A stretch of 64,000 nucleotides of DNA, taken from assembly GCF_009914755.1 (NCBI RefSeq), contig NC_060945.1; one strand, 5' to 3'. Positions 48,559-60,400 of the stretch are shown here, piece by piece. Every line of letters starts with the position of its first letter. Positions within the stretch are counted from its first letter, which is position 1. The notes below the pieces were generated by a model. It was not told the origin of the DNA, ran no database searches, and saw nothing but the letters and a program-made list of their open reading frames with translations. A program made the position numbers and the translations under genes. This stretch comes from the human T2T-CHM13v2.0 reference genome, Homo sapiens.

Positions 48559-49508
48559 AGCTCTGACATGTATTCTGACATGTAACTGGCATCAGTTTAA
48601 TACAAACTATTCTAAAATGTCTTGTGCCCTTGACAGGGAGGTCCAAGTACTGGATACTTGCAATGCAATCCAGCAGTGGCCCCGTCTTTCTTACAAAAAG
48701 GCCCCAGTCACATGTTGATGAGGCTAGATCTATTCCTGTCCTCCTTCTCTTCCCCATATTTCCTTATTCTTCTTCAAGTCTAAACGTTTATTGAACTGAG
48801 ACCCATGAATGAGTTACTCGACTAGGCTTGTAGGATAAACTTGCCAGGCTTTAGATCTATTTGTTCCTTTCCATCCCCCAAAATCAAATGGCTGCTCCAG
48901 GAAAATGTTCCCCTTGTGGCAGGGTCCGGGAGAAAAGAGAGAAGCGACAAAACCAAAAATTAAAACGACCGAAGTCCCATATGCTCCAGGAATATGTCCT
49001 GGAGATGGGAGTGGAGGGCAGGGGGAGAATGTTGTTGAGGTCAAAATTTTTGAAGTTTTAAGTCCTATATCTTGACATCCCGAGTATAAATGCGGGTACC
49101 AGACACAGTACAAACGTTCTCAAAGCCCAGTTACGTATTCCAAACCAAACGCGGGCTCTTGAAGGGTGATGAGGTAGGGATGAAATCCAGGATCGCCTGA
49201 AGACCATTTCTTCCTCTCTTAGGGACCTGCTGGTCTCCAGCTGATTCGGTCCAGGAGGAAAAACCTCCCACTTGCTCCTCTCGGGCTCCCTGCAAGGAGA
49301 GAGTAGAGACACTCCTGCCACCCAGTTGCAAGAAGTCGCCACTTCCCCCTCCAGCCGACTGAAAGTTCGGGCGACGTCTGGGCCGTCATTTGAAGGCGTT
49401 TCCTTTTCTTTAAGAACAAAGGTTGGAGCCCAAGCCTTGCGGCGCGGTGCAGGAAAGTACACGGCGTGTGTTGAGAGAAAAAAAATACACACACGCAATG
49501 ACCCACGA

Positions 49509-49530
49509 GAAAGGGAAAGGGGAAAACACC
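49509..49530 (+). promoter_or_regulatory. ISRE-like GAAAGGGAAA next to kB-like GGGGAAAACACC, ~180-200 nt upstream of the TSS
   Basis: GAAANNGAAA and GGGRNN motifs seen directly; IRF4 and NF-kB are known BIC activators. Confidence 0.55.
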
Positions 49531-49660
49531 AACTACCCGGGCGCTGGGCTTTTTCGACTTTTCCTTTAAAAAGAAAAAAGTTTTTCAAGCTGTAGGTTCC
49601 AAGAACAGGCAGGAGGGGGGAGAAGGGGGGGGGGTTGCAGAAAAGGCGCCTGGTCGGTTA

Positions 49661-49667
49661 TGAGTCA
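49661..49667. promoter_or_regulatory. AP-1 site TGAGTCA
   Basis: Perfect TRE 10 nt upstream of TATA; a proximal AP-1 site is an established BIC promoter element. Confidence 0.9.
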
Positions 49668-49676
49668 CAAGTGAGT

Positions 49677-49683
49677 TATAAAA
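49677..49683 (+). promoter_or_regulatory. TATA box (TATAAAA)
   Basis: gagtTATAAAAggg at the edge of the CpG island, upstream of exon 1. Confidence 0.9.
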
Positions 49684-49706
49684 GGGTCGCACGTTCGCAG
49701 GCGCGG

Positions 49707-49833
49707 GCTTCCTGTGCGCGGCCGAGCCCGGGCCCAGCGCCGCCTGCAGCCTCGGGAAGGGAGCGGATAGCGGAGCCCCGAGCCGCCCGCAGAGCAAGCG
49801 CGGGGAACCAAGGAGACGCTCCTGGCACTGCAG
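49707..49833 (+). ncRNA. MIR155HG: MIR155HG exon 1 (TSS estimated ~25-30 nt after TATA)
   Basis: GC-rich, no ATG, ends at the donor CTGCAG|GTACGC. Confidence 0.85.
49708..49715 (-). promoter_or_regulatory. ETS site (ACAGGAAG) near the TSS; HRE-like ACGTG on the minus strand at 49690-49694
   Basis: Motifs CTTCCTGT and CACGT seen directly. Confidence 0.5.
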
Positions 49834-52800
49834 GTACGCCGACTTCAGTCTCGCGCTCCCGCCCGCCTTTCCTCTCTTGAACGTGGCAGGGACGCCGGGG
49901 GACTTCGGTGCGAGGGTCACCGCCGGGTTAACTGGCGAGGCAAGGCGGGGGCAGCGCGCACGTGGCCGTGGAGCCCGGCCTGGTCCCGCGCGCGCCTGCG
50001 GGTGCCCCCTGGGGACTCAGTGGTGTCGCCTCGCCCGGGACCAGAGATTGCGCTGGATGGATTCCCGCGGGCAGAGGCAGGGGGAAGGAGGGGTGTTCGA
50101 AACCTAATACTTGAGCTTCTTTGCAAAGTTTCCTTGGATGGTTGGGGACGTACCTGTATAATGGCCCTGGACCAGCTTCCCTGTTGGAGTGGCCAGAGAA
50201 GTGTGTAAAACACACTAGAGGGGCAGGGTGGAAAAAGAGACTGCCTTCAAAACTTGTATCTTTTCGATTTCATTTTGAAAAATAACTACAAATCTATTTT
50301 AATTTTACAAAGTTAGACTCATAGCATTTTAGATATCAATGTCTTCATTTAACAGAAGTGAAGATGGAGCAAACGCTCAATCAGCGTCTGTATTTATTCG
50401 CTCCTGTTGTGCCAGGGTGCGTTTTTGCCGAGCGGTTGCCTTTCTTTACTCACAAAACCCCCTTGATGTCTGTCCTCCACGTTTTACGAGGGAGAGCCGG
50501 ATCTTTTGAAGTTTGTATCATCTAAAGCAGGTATATTGGGATGACTATGGATAGAATTTAACCTGAAAACACTGAAGTTGACAGCTGACAAAGATATAAG
50601 AATCCAAAGTATGTTAAAAATTAAGGAGCTGAGGCCCACAGAAGTGAAGTTACTTTTCCAGCATCACACAGCAGATCTAGGACCCTGTGTGATTTGAAAA
50701 GGCCAAGGTATCTAATGATGCTCATAATTTAGTTTACATTTTGTGTCAAATAGATGAGGTCAAGTGGACATTATGTGTATATTCCAAAGCCAAAATTACT
50801 GCTTGTAATATCCATTCATCTCTCCGAAGACGTAGTGCCTCTTTTATATGGCTTTAACCTAATGTATAATCGAAGTGAATTAGGGCAGCCAGACTTTTAA
50901 TCACAGGACTGATCTTTTAAAAACGGGTATATGTAAAGTTAATTGCTTATCTATGTGAACAGTAATATACACTATAAAAAGTTTTCAAGGCAACTTCCTG
51001 CCTGTGGTTTAATTTGATAGTCACAATGATAGGAAATTGGCAGGGTTAGGTGGTGGTATCTACATTTTGCCCATGAGGACTTGTGGCTCAGAGAATTTGA
51101 GTTTTTTCTAGTAAGGTCACTAGGTCCCTAGTGCACAGCCTGCTTTTAGGTACGGATGTGGGATGGGGGTGTCGGCAGACCACAGGGTTTTGACTCTCAG
51201 TTTGGGCTCATTTCCATGACTCCTTGCTGCCTCCCTGATTTCTGTCAAATGACCAAAGCACATTTAGTAATTACTTCTGCTGCAAGGACTACTCCTTATT
51301 AGGCTGTGATAAGTAAGTTTCCTCACATAGTGGGTCAGCTCACTCTGGCCACAGGACCCAGCTTCCTAACCACACACATTAAGAAAGAGAAAAATTAGCA
51401 CTGTCTGAGACCTACAACCACTTCAAGGGAGAACAGTGGTGTTTGCACAAATGTCTACTTTTGTTTTAACCTAGTCATGTGTAAAAAGTGTAATTCACTG
51501 GTCTTTACCAAAAAAAAAAAAAAAAAAACAACAACAAAAAAAAAACAGGCATCATAGTCTGCCTGTGCTGGACGCTATGCTAGACACTGGAGAGACAAAG
51601 GTGAGCAGGATAGGCACAACCCTACCCTTACAAACCCAGAAAGTTAGAGGAAGGCCATCAGGACATTGCTGTGCAATTTGATATCATTTCAATTTTGGTA
51701 ACATAGATATTTGAACTAATTAGAATGTGCTACAAATTTTGCCATTCTTTACTTTCCATATGCCAACATGGAAAATTTGTAACCCTCATCTTTAAATACC
51801 TCATCTTACCAGTCCTCTATAAATCAAAAAATCTACCCCAAAAAGCCCTAGGTTTTAACTTTTGAAAAGTTTTTTTTTATCAGCTTTTCAGGTCATGACT
51901 AAGATCTGCCATTCAATTTAAAGGAATTCTTTCATTTTAGAGTAATAGTTACTAAAATCCTTTATTCCTACCTCCTTGAGAATCTAATGGAAATTTTATA
52001 TGCTCTTCCCAGAAAATTTTTGTTAATGTGTATCCTCACACACCAATTTGCATTCGATGTTAGCAGGCTAGAGACTTCCTTGAATCTCAGCCATGACCCT
52101 CTTCGGGGGTCCACTTTCATAATCAGTATTCTAAACCTAGTAGGCATAAATAGCTTGAATAGAGGAAAGTGGTATGTAGACTCTTGCCCTTCACTTGGAC
52201 TGGGCACCTCTATCACTTGGACTGGGCACCAGCTAGTGCCCTTAACTAGCTGGTGTCTCCATTTTTGATAGTCATTGGCTATTGCTTAGCTGAAGCTATT
52301 GATTTTAACAGCCTTATTGTTTTGATATCAGGCTGCCACTCTGCAGAAGTCTAATACTGGGGAAGGAGCACCGGCCTGAGAACCATGGTTTGTTTCTAGG
52401 ACCAACTCTGCAGATTTCTGTGCCTCATTTTGCTCATCTCTAAGATGGGTGGTTGATGGGTGGCAGGGACTGAACCATTTCTAAAATCCCTTACACTGAT
52501 GAAATTCTGTGATTCCAGTGTAACTACCAAGCTCACTTTCATATACCTCCTGAGACACAGCTGGTCTTAGTGAATTTATATCCTCTATGTCCAAAGTAAG
52601 TCAAAGTAAGTACCACTATAATTCACTATAGAATGTATTTTTGTCTTTCACTGATCTTACTGGACTCAAAACTGTTACATGTTTCCTTAAATTAGATAGA
52701 ATAAAAAAATTGTGAAACACTACTTTTCAAGGAAAAATATTACAATTTTAAAAGCCTCTTTTTATCCCACCTCTCAGTAGCTACAACTTTCATATACGAG

Positions 52801-53499
52801 TTTCACATATATATGAAAAAAATTTTCTTATCTCAGACTCTTAAGGAAATGCAATGCTTTTAATATGATCACTGCTGTGTAATTCTCATCTGCCCTGAAA
52901 CACTTGTTCTGTCCATCAATCAATGTATTTGGGTTTACAATATGCAGAGCCTCAAGCAAAACCAGTGCAAAAGCACATCTATCCTCAAATAGGCACATCA
53001 TATGTCTGAGCAGTTCAGCATCCTCACTCACAAGTCCAAGGCTCTCAGCAATGTGGAAGAAGATGTGATTCCTAAAATTACCACCCTTACACACAGTGAC
53101 ACACTCACCAGAAAGTGAGGCTTAACATAGCTTAAGTGGCTGTAGTTTAAAACAGATTGTGAATATCTGTGCTAATTCTGAGAAACAATTAGCAGACATA
53201 TTAACCAATTAGCACAGATCACTAATATCTGTGCTAATTGTTAGGACAGATTAGCACAGATATTGCTACCTTGTGTGGGTAGACAGGGTTAAGGCACTGG
53301 CAGAAGGAAAGATTAGTGAGGAATATCAAATAGCTGATTTAATGAAATTGTGAGGCCGATGTTTGGATAAGGTGAAACAGTGCCCTACAATGACATTTAT
53401 GCCAGTTCTCCATAAACAAGAGTGTTCTACACAAATTATAAGTTCCTGGCTGTCTTAACAAAATGCTATGGTCCTTTATATGCTCACACAAATAATGGT

Positions 53500-53740
53500 T
53501 CCAAGCATGGGAAACAGGTGCCAGATTGCCCAGGTAGGCATCCCAGCAGCATGCTCCTTAGCCACTGATTAACCTTGCGCAAGTTATTTCACCTGCCTGT
53601 GCCTCAAGGCCCCTGTGTTTCAATGGGGAGGGTGTGAATACTCATTCCTAAGGTTGTGAGGAGGAATAACTGAGTTAGTATACGTCAAACACTTAGGTGC
53701 TTGGCACAGAGGGAGCCTGTGTAAGTGTTTGCTATTATTT
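53500..53740 (+). mobile_element. MIR in intron 1
   Basis: ccttgcgcaagttatttcacc..ggttgtgaggagg..tggcacagag. Confidence 0.7.
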
Positions 53741-54204
53741 TGTTTCAGTAGATGATCTTGTGTATTATAAGAAATCAATTTGGAAGGTGAGATACAAATG
53801 CAGTCTGAGAAAGTAAAGACGTTTTAAAGACATTTTACTGTGTCATGAATTTTCAGAGACCACACTGACATGGTAAAAAGTTGTTTGGTTTTTAGAATTT
53901 TTGTTTCAGAATGCATATCCTTCTCCTTAACCAAAAGAAAAACTACTAAAATACTTCTGAAAATTATTTCCAAGAAAACATTTTGGTGTACCTTTTAGCA
54001 GTTACTTTATGACTTAAAGATTAGGATGAACAAAATAATTATTTTAACTTGGCTTTTACCTGCTTGTAGATAACCTCTAATTTATATAATGGTTCAATTA
54101 TACAGTGGTAAATGTATCTGGGCTTGTTCTTTTAAAATAGCAAGTGTAACATGTGATAGATGTAGGGTACTTACAAAGTACTCACCAAGCATTGATGACT
54201 GATG

Positions 54205-54420
54205 TCATTAGTATCATGGCTAACATTCACTGAGCCCTGATTATGAGGCTGACACCCAACTAAATGTTTTGCATTGTCACTTCATCTTCACAAAGACTTT
54301 TTGAATAGGTTATTCTTTATCTCCATTTTCAGAGAAGCAACTAAGCCCTAAAGAGGTTTATTAACTTGCCAAATACCACACAGCTAGTAACACTGGTGGG
54401 GTCTGGAATGGAACCCAGGC
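54205..54420 (-). mobile_element. MIR in intron 1
   Basis: ctccattttcagagaag..agaggtttattaacttgcc..cacacagctagtaa. Confidence 0.7.
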
Positions 54421-57414
54421 AAGCTGAAAACGACAGAACAATGAACACTCCTACTTTTCAATTCGATTTGCTAATTGTTAATATTTGCCACACTGGCTTA
54501 TCTCTCTGTATCCCTACCCATCTCTCTCTCTCTCTGTCTATATCTATATGCAAACCTGGCATCTAACTTCTAAATGCTTGAGCACGGATCTCCTAAGAAC
54601 AAGTACATGGTTCTATGCAATGAAAAGACATGATTATGGCATCCAAGAGTGATTTTAAAAATCAAGGATGAAACTTAATTTTTACCCACAAGTCCAGACG
54701 ATGATTTCTACCAGTATTCTCCAGCTTTACTCTGTTTCTTATACTTGACAGACTGAGCTCCAAGCCTGGAATCTTCTAAAAAGGGTCCACTGCCAATCTG
54801 GAATGCCAACAAATCTTATTAATATATCTCCACATTTGTAAGCTTCTACTAAATTCTCCAAGAACCTGCATATCAGTTAAGTCCTGAAATGCTCCAGTGC
54901 CAAATAAAAGCCCACTGTGCAGATAGAAATGCTTTTGGTGACTCTCAAACATTTATTCAAAGGTATTTAGTGAGTATCTGTCAGCTGTATATCCAGCACT
55001 GAGGGAAGACTCAGTCTCTGCCATCACATACACCTCAGCACTAAGAAGAGACACATGAAATAATTACCATCCAGTGTGATAAGTGCTCTGACAGAGGATG
55101 GAGTGAGGACTAGTCACCTTGGGGAAGACAGAGAAGCAGGGTCCCACCAGGAGATGAGGAGAAGCCAGCCTCCAGGAGTGCGCTATCTGAGAGGGCAAGA
55201 GAAGGAAGGCAAAGAGGACGGGTCCATACTTGAACAACTTGAAGTAGGTGTATCTAGTGCCTAAGAGTGTGTATGGTGACATCTTGTGGAGCAGTGAACA
55301 TGACCCTCATTTGGTTTGTTAAAGCATTGGGTCAAATGCCACGGGAATGTAACAGGTAAATGGTCTTTGCCTTATAACACAGGGTATCCCATCCGTGTAA
55401 GACAATGAATTTTTAAAAAGGCAAAACCAAACCTTTTGTTTACATCATTTGCCTTAAATAGTTCTTAGTACACAAATTCTTCCTTGCTTGGGGCCATTAT
55501 GGTGTGTGGAAGTAGAAAAAGATAAACTGTAGCTTACAGAAATAGAAAAGCAATTTTTTCCTATGATAGAGGCATACGGATACAAAAAACAAACAGGTAA
55601 CACATAATAAGTTCCAAATGAGGCATTTTGTTGAAATTCAGTGTTGAGCATAAACAGTGAACTCAAATGCACAGAGGAGGCGTCATGGAAGGGTGACAAA
55701 ACACTCCAGAGCAATAACAGCTACCCTATTTTCTGTTCCCTGGGAGTAGGGAGAAAAGACATCAAAATCAAATTATAAATTTAAAAAAGTATTAAAATTC
55801 TCTTATGGAAATATATTAAGAAGTTTGTTAGGCAAATGGAAAACGTTTTGTGGAAACAAGAAATAAGAAAGAATGGCCATCACTTAAAGCAACAGAATGT
55901 ATCTCTCCCACTAGCTCTCCCCTCCCTACCCACAGCTTTATTCACATTTGTTCTATAACATTTCAGCACAGTTCAGACCTTCCGCTGAGCCAGTGTGAGG
56001 TCAGGGTGTTGAGGAAGCGAGTCCCTGCAGTCAGACTCCAGCTGGCTGTCGTCCTGCTTCTGCTTATTCCACAGAATGAGCCTGGTGGGGGAGAGGAAAT
56101 TCCTAACCTGTTTTTTTTTACACATCTTCATCAGAAAAGCGAAAGCACTAATTACTGTCCATAATAAAACTACTGGGAAGGTTACTTAGCTTGTAAGTAA
56201 GTTCCACAAAGCCATTTCAGTAAAAACTTCCTGGTTCTAAAATTGGGAAAAGCAGGATAATCCTCTAAGGCTGACATTCTTTCTCTTTTGTGCATTTACA
56301 ACTAAACGGTCACTGATACACATTTCCACAGTGACCCTGCAATATCCACATTGGCTTTCTTCTAAGACACTTCAAAAATACATCACACCTTTATGTGTTA
56401 AATATCACTATTGGCATATATCTTTAAAAACATTTATTTTCTTAATTCTCAAAATACAGAAAAGAATGTTATGCTATTGTGTGCACAAACTGCTATTTTC
56501 AATAAGGAGCTCTTAATTTAGAAAGTTGCTATTTTTCAATAAAGAGCTCTCAATTAGAAAATATCAAGAAGTGATGTTAAGTTTTTATGGAAATAAATAA
56601 AGTATCATGACATGAAAAGTTTATAATTTTTCCCCCAGCAATGGCTTACTCAGGGAATTTTTCTTATATGTAAAGTTAATGATCTGAAAAGTGGTAATCT
56701 TATCATTCACCAAGATTTCAGGATATAAGTTATTCCTACAGAACAATCCATTTTTACCTTTAAAGATGAGTTTGTGTACTTCAGAAGATGTGACGCCAGT
56801 TGGCCACCATCTCAATCAGTAGTAAGTCACACCATCAATCCCTTGTTAATGATGGAACTCATGTGAAGTCAAGAGGAAACATAATACTCTTTACCTCATT
56901 CCCTGGTAGCAGAGAAGTTGACTCATCTTTAATGTCAGTTATTGAGATGTAACACAGAATCATATTCTACAGAAAATATGTGATAAACTTTACACAAATG
57001 AATACACTTTAGAAAGGCAGTCATTTGGATTTTCTTTTTGTCAGAGAACATTGCAAGTCTTCCTGAAGAATTTCTGAGAAATTAAACACTTTATATGACA
57101 TTTTACAGCATGTAGAGAGGTTGAAACTCAGAGAACTAAAACTCAGATGATAGTCTAAATACTTAATTTGTTGCTGCTTTATGCTGGACATGAAAAGTGT
57201 GAGCTTAAATTATAAATAAAAAACTGTTGAGCTATCAAACTATTTGGGGTACATCCTTATCTTTCCTCTAAATTACTCTTTATTCCCATTAAAATCCACC
57301 TATCCCGGGTCCTCTCTCCTCAGCCCTTCACCTCTGCTTTCAAAGATGACTAACTAACCTAATAAACACATCTAAGGTGATGTGTCAACTTCAACCCCAA
57401 CCCTTTTTCCCCAG

Positions 57415-57499
57415 ATAACTTGTCTGCATTTCAAGAACAACCTACCAGAGACCTTACCTGTCACCTTGGCTCTCCCACCCAATGGAGATGGCTCTAATG
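57415..57499 (+). ncRNA. MIR155HG: MIR155HG exon 2 (85 nt)
   Basis: Acceptor ccctttttccccAG|ATAACT; donor CTAATG|GTAAGG. Confidence 0.92.
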
Positions 57500-60400
57500 G
57501 TAAGGAATTCTATCTTAAGTAAAAGGGAAGGGAAACACGCTGACAGATGCAGTTTTTATAAAGGCAGGTCATTGGGGCACCAAGTTGGCAGCCGCTTTCA
57601 ACTTTTGATTCTACCTCAAAAGGTAACCAAGAAATCGTTGTTATTCTAAAGATTATGACAAGTCCAAAGTTTCACAGAATCCTGATTTTTATACACTTGC
57701 ATTAATCACTGCTTACTTCCATGATGTAAACCAAAACTGCAGCGGCAGAATATAGAGAATCAGAATAAATTCTGATAGAAAAGGCAGATACTGTTTCCAC
57801 ATATACAAGTATATGCTAATTGCTTTTAGCAAACTGATCCAAATAGGAATCAACATTATTCCATCTTAATGATTATGTTTTTGATTGGTACACATAAATG
57901 TTAAAGTGGGAAAATATGCAGAGAAAGTTACCTAAACTAAATCACTTTAATTTTCAACAACATAATTACATTCCATTTCACCTACTAAAATGGCTTTGGA
58001 CCTAGAATTTGTATTGCTACATCAATATAAGATGACTTTCAGTAAAAATAGATGTACAGTTGATTTGTAACAACAAATTAATAGTTTTAAATTATTTGTA
58101 TATTTCAAGGTAAATAAAATTAGAGCTATCCCACAATCGCTTTGGTTATGAAATTCGACCACTGTAACTTTTTTTAAAGAAAACTTTATGGTGTGCAGTT
58201 CCTTTGGTATGCAAATATTAAATGGTTGGTGCTGAGAATAAGCAGCAATATAGAAATATATATAATTGTAGAAGAATATAACCTATGATTTAGACATAAA
58301 ATGAGATCCTTACAAGATAAAGAGTTATGGAGATGGATGATAATGATAGTTGTAGAACATTATGACTAAGTGTTTAATATAGCGGACCTGTACACTTAAA
58401 AATGGTGAAGATGTTAAACTTACATTATGTTTACATTACATATTTCACCACAATAAAAAATTTTTGAAGGAAAACCAGAACTTTAATGACAAACTTAGGA
58501 CATATTATGCTCTGAATATATAGTTTTGATAACGTCTTTCCTGGCAAATCAACAAGGTAAGAATAAAAGGATATTCTGAAATCTTTTTTTTTCTTTGGAG
58601 ACAGAGTCTTGCTCTGTTGCCCAGGCTGGAGTGCAGTGGCACAATCTCGGCTCACTACTACCTTCTGCCTCCCAGGTTCAAGTGATCCTCCTGCCTCAGC
58701 CTCCTGAGTAGCTGGGATTATAGGCGTGCGCCACCACGCCTAGCTAATTTTTTTGTATTTTTAGTAGAGACGGGGTTTTACCATGTTGGTCACGCTGGTC
58801 TCAAACTCCTGACCTCATGATCCGCCCACCTCGGCCTCCCAAAATGCTAGGATTACAGGCATGAGACACCGCACCCAGCCAGATATTCTTAAATCTTATG
58901 CTCACACTCCACCCCCCCCAAAAAAATTGTCCTTCAGGAAAGCATAATTTAAGGAAAAATTTCCCAAAGTGCCACCTTCAGCTTCATTCTTAGCACCAGA
59001 GGAAGAATTGCCTGTCATATAATGAAAGATCCTTGGTGTTATCATTAATCTAGTATACATAGTGCTTCCTCTTGGTAGATTTTTACCTACTGTGAGAAGG
59101 AATGATTTTGATACTCAGACAGTGTGTAGTAATTTGTTAAGAACATTTAACTTGGAACCTATGCTACACAGTAAAACTTATACTGACAATGGATATTTCA
59201 TGTGGTAGGCCTAAGAAGTATTGTGGAGTGAGGGGACTGGAAGTATATCTGCAGAACTACCTAGTCAAAGACCCCAGTCTAATTTCTAATGTATAATTCA
59301 TATAAATTACTCTTGCATTGCTATACATTAAACATTATGCTTGTCACATTCTTACTTGGTTAGCACTGTCACTACTGATTGTCAGGCCTATAATTGTGTA
59401 TAATTCTTCCCCTGCCACTTTACCAGCTGGTGGCCACACCGATTCCAGAAAGAACTACTTTATTTCTTATTACCTCATGAAAGCACCCTCTGCCCAGTGC
59501 CTTGGCTAATAGACTGGCCTTTGTTGTCTATGACCACTAATTCCCACTCAGGCATATAGCAATTCTGTTGGTGGTTGCTTAGCCCAGTCAAAAACACTGG
59601 AAGTGGACATAGACTCCACACTGATGAATGAATGACCTTCTAGTCATTCTAATGTCCTTAAAAGTCTACTATTTTTAAATTGTAGAATATATATATATAT
59701 ATATATATTTTTTTTTTTTCTGGGATATTTCTCCTTTCTTCTGTTCATTAATGTTTTTCATCTATCATTGTGTTTTAAATATGACCTAAGGTTCTATAGT
59801 ATATTTAGACAAACTTCTCATTTCTCTGCAGTGTTCGGAATTCATCATGCCTGTATGACAAGGTTGTGTTTGAGAACAAAAGGGGACCTGTGTGACATGT
59901 TTTATTTCAATATACATTTAGAGTTTGAACAAATAAAAAAAGCTATTAGAATTTTTAATATATATAACACATTATCAAAAACACTGTCACTTTTCTGAGT
60001 GCTCTAATCAGGCAATTCGTATGTATATTTAAAAAGAGGGAAAAAGCTAATTAGTATACTAAATATATTTATTTTAATACCTGTGCTCATATGTTATCTT
60101 TAAAGAACAGGAATAAAATTTATGGGTAGAATAGTATGCCAGCAATTTACCTTCAATACAAATTAAACACATCTTTTAAGAAAAGGGCGAGTTATATTGG
60201 CTGGGGTGGCACTAACACTACATTATTAATATGTATTTATTGAGCATTTACTGTGTCCAGGACCCTGTAAGGGGGAAAAAAAGTCCTTGTTTTTACAATC
60301 TTTATTGACTGAAATTCTGTAAAATGAATTGAATTCCTGAAGTGACATCATTTAACCCAAATTTTTTCATCATCAACTAATTCATCTCAGAAAACAGTAA

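Larger units (their letters stand above)
49340..50110. promoter_or_regulatory. CpG island over promoter, exon 1 and start of intron 1
   Basis: Dense CG dinucleotides and high GC against an AT-rich, CpG-poor background. Confidence 0.9.

Noticed and set aside
49058-50215. Overlapping 70-176 aa ORFs on both strands around the promoter
   Set aside because: Expected in GC-rich CpG-island DNA with few stops; low-complexity R/G/P/A content, no recognisable domain, several non-ATG starts
51509-51546. Orphan A-rich tract as a retrocopy tail
   Set aside because: No TSD or upstream SINE/mRNA body found; treated as a simple repeat and an oligo-dT internal-priming risk
53162-53264. CRISPR-like or novel pre-miRNA reading of the repeat knot
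   Set aside because: Human DNA, mixed orientations and no regular unique spacers; the 13-16 bp stems are too short for a canonical Drosha substrate
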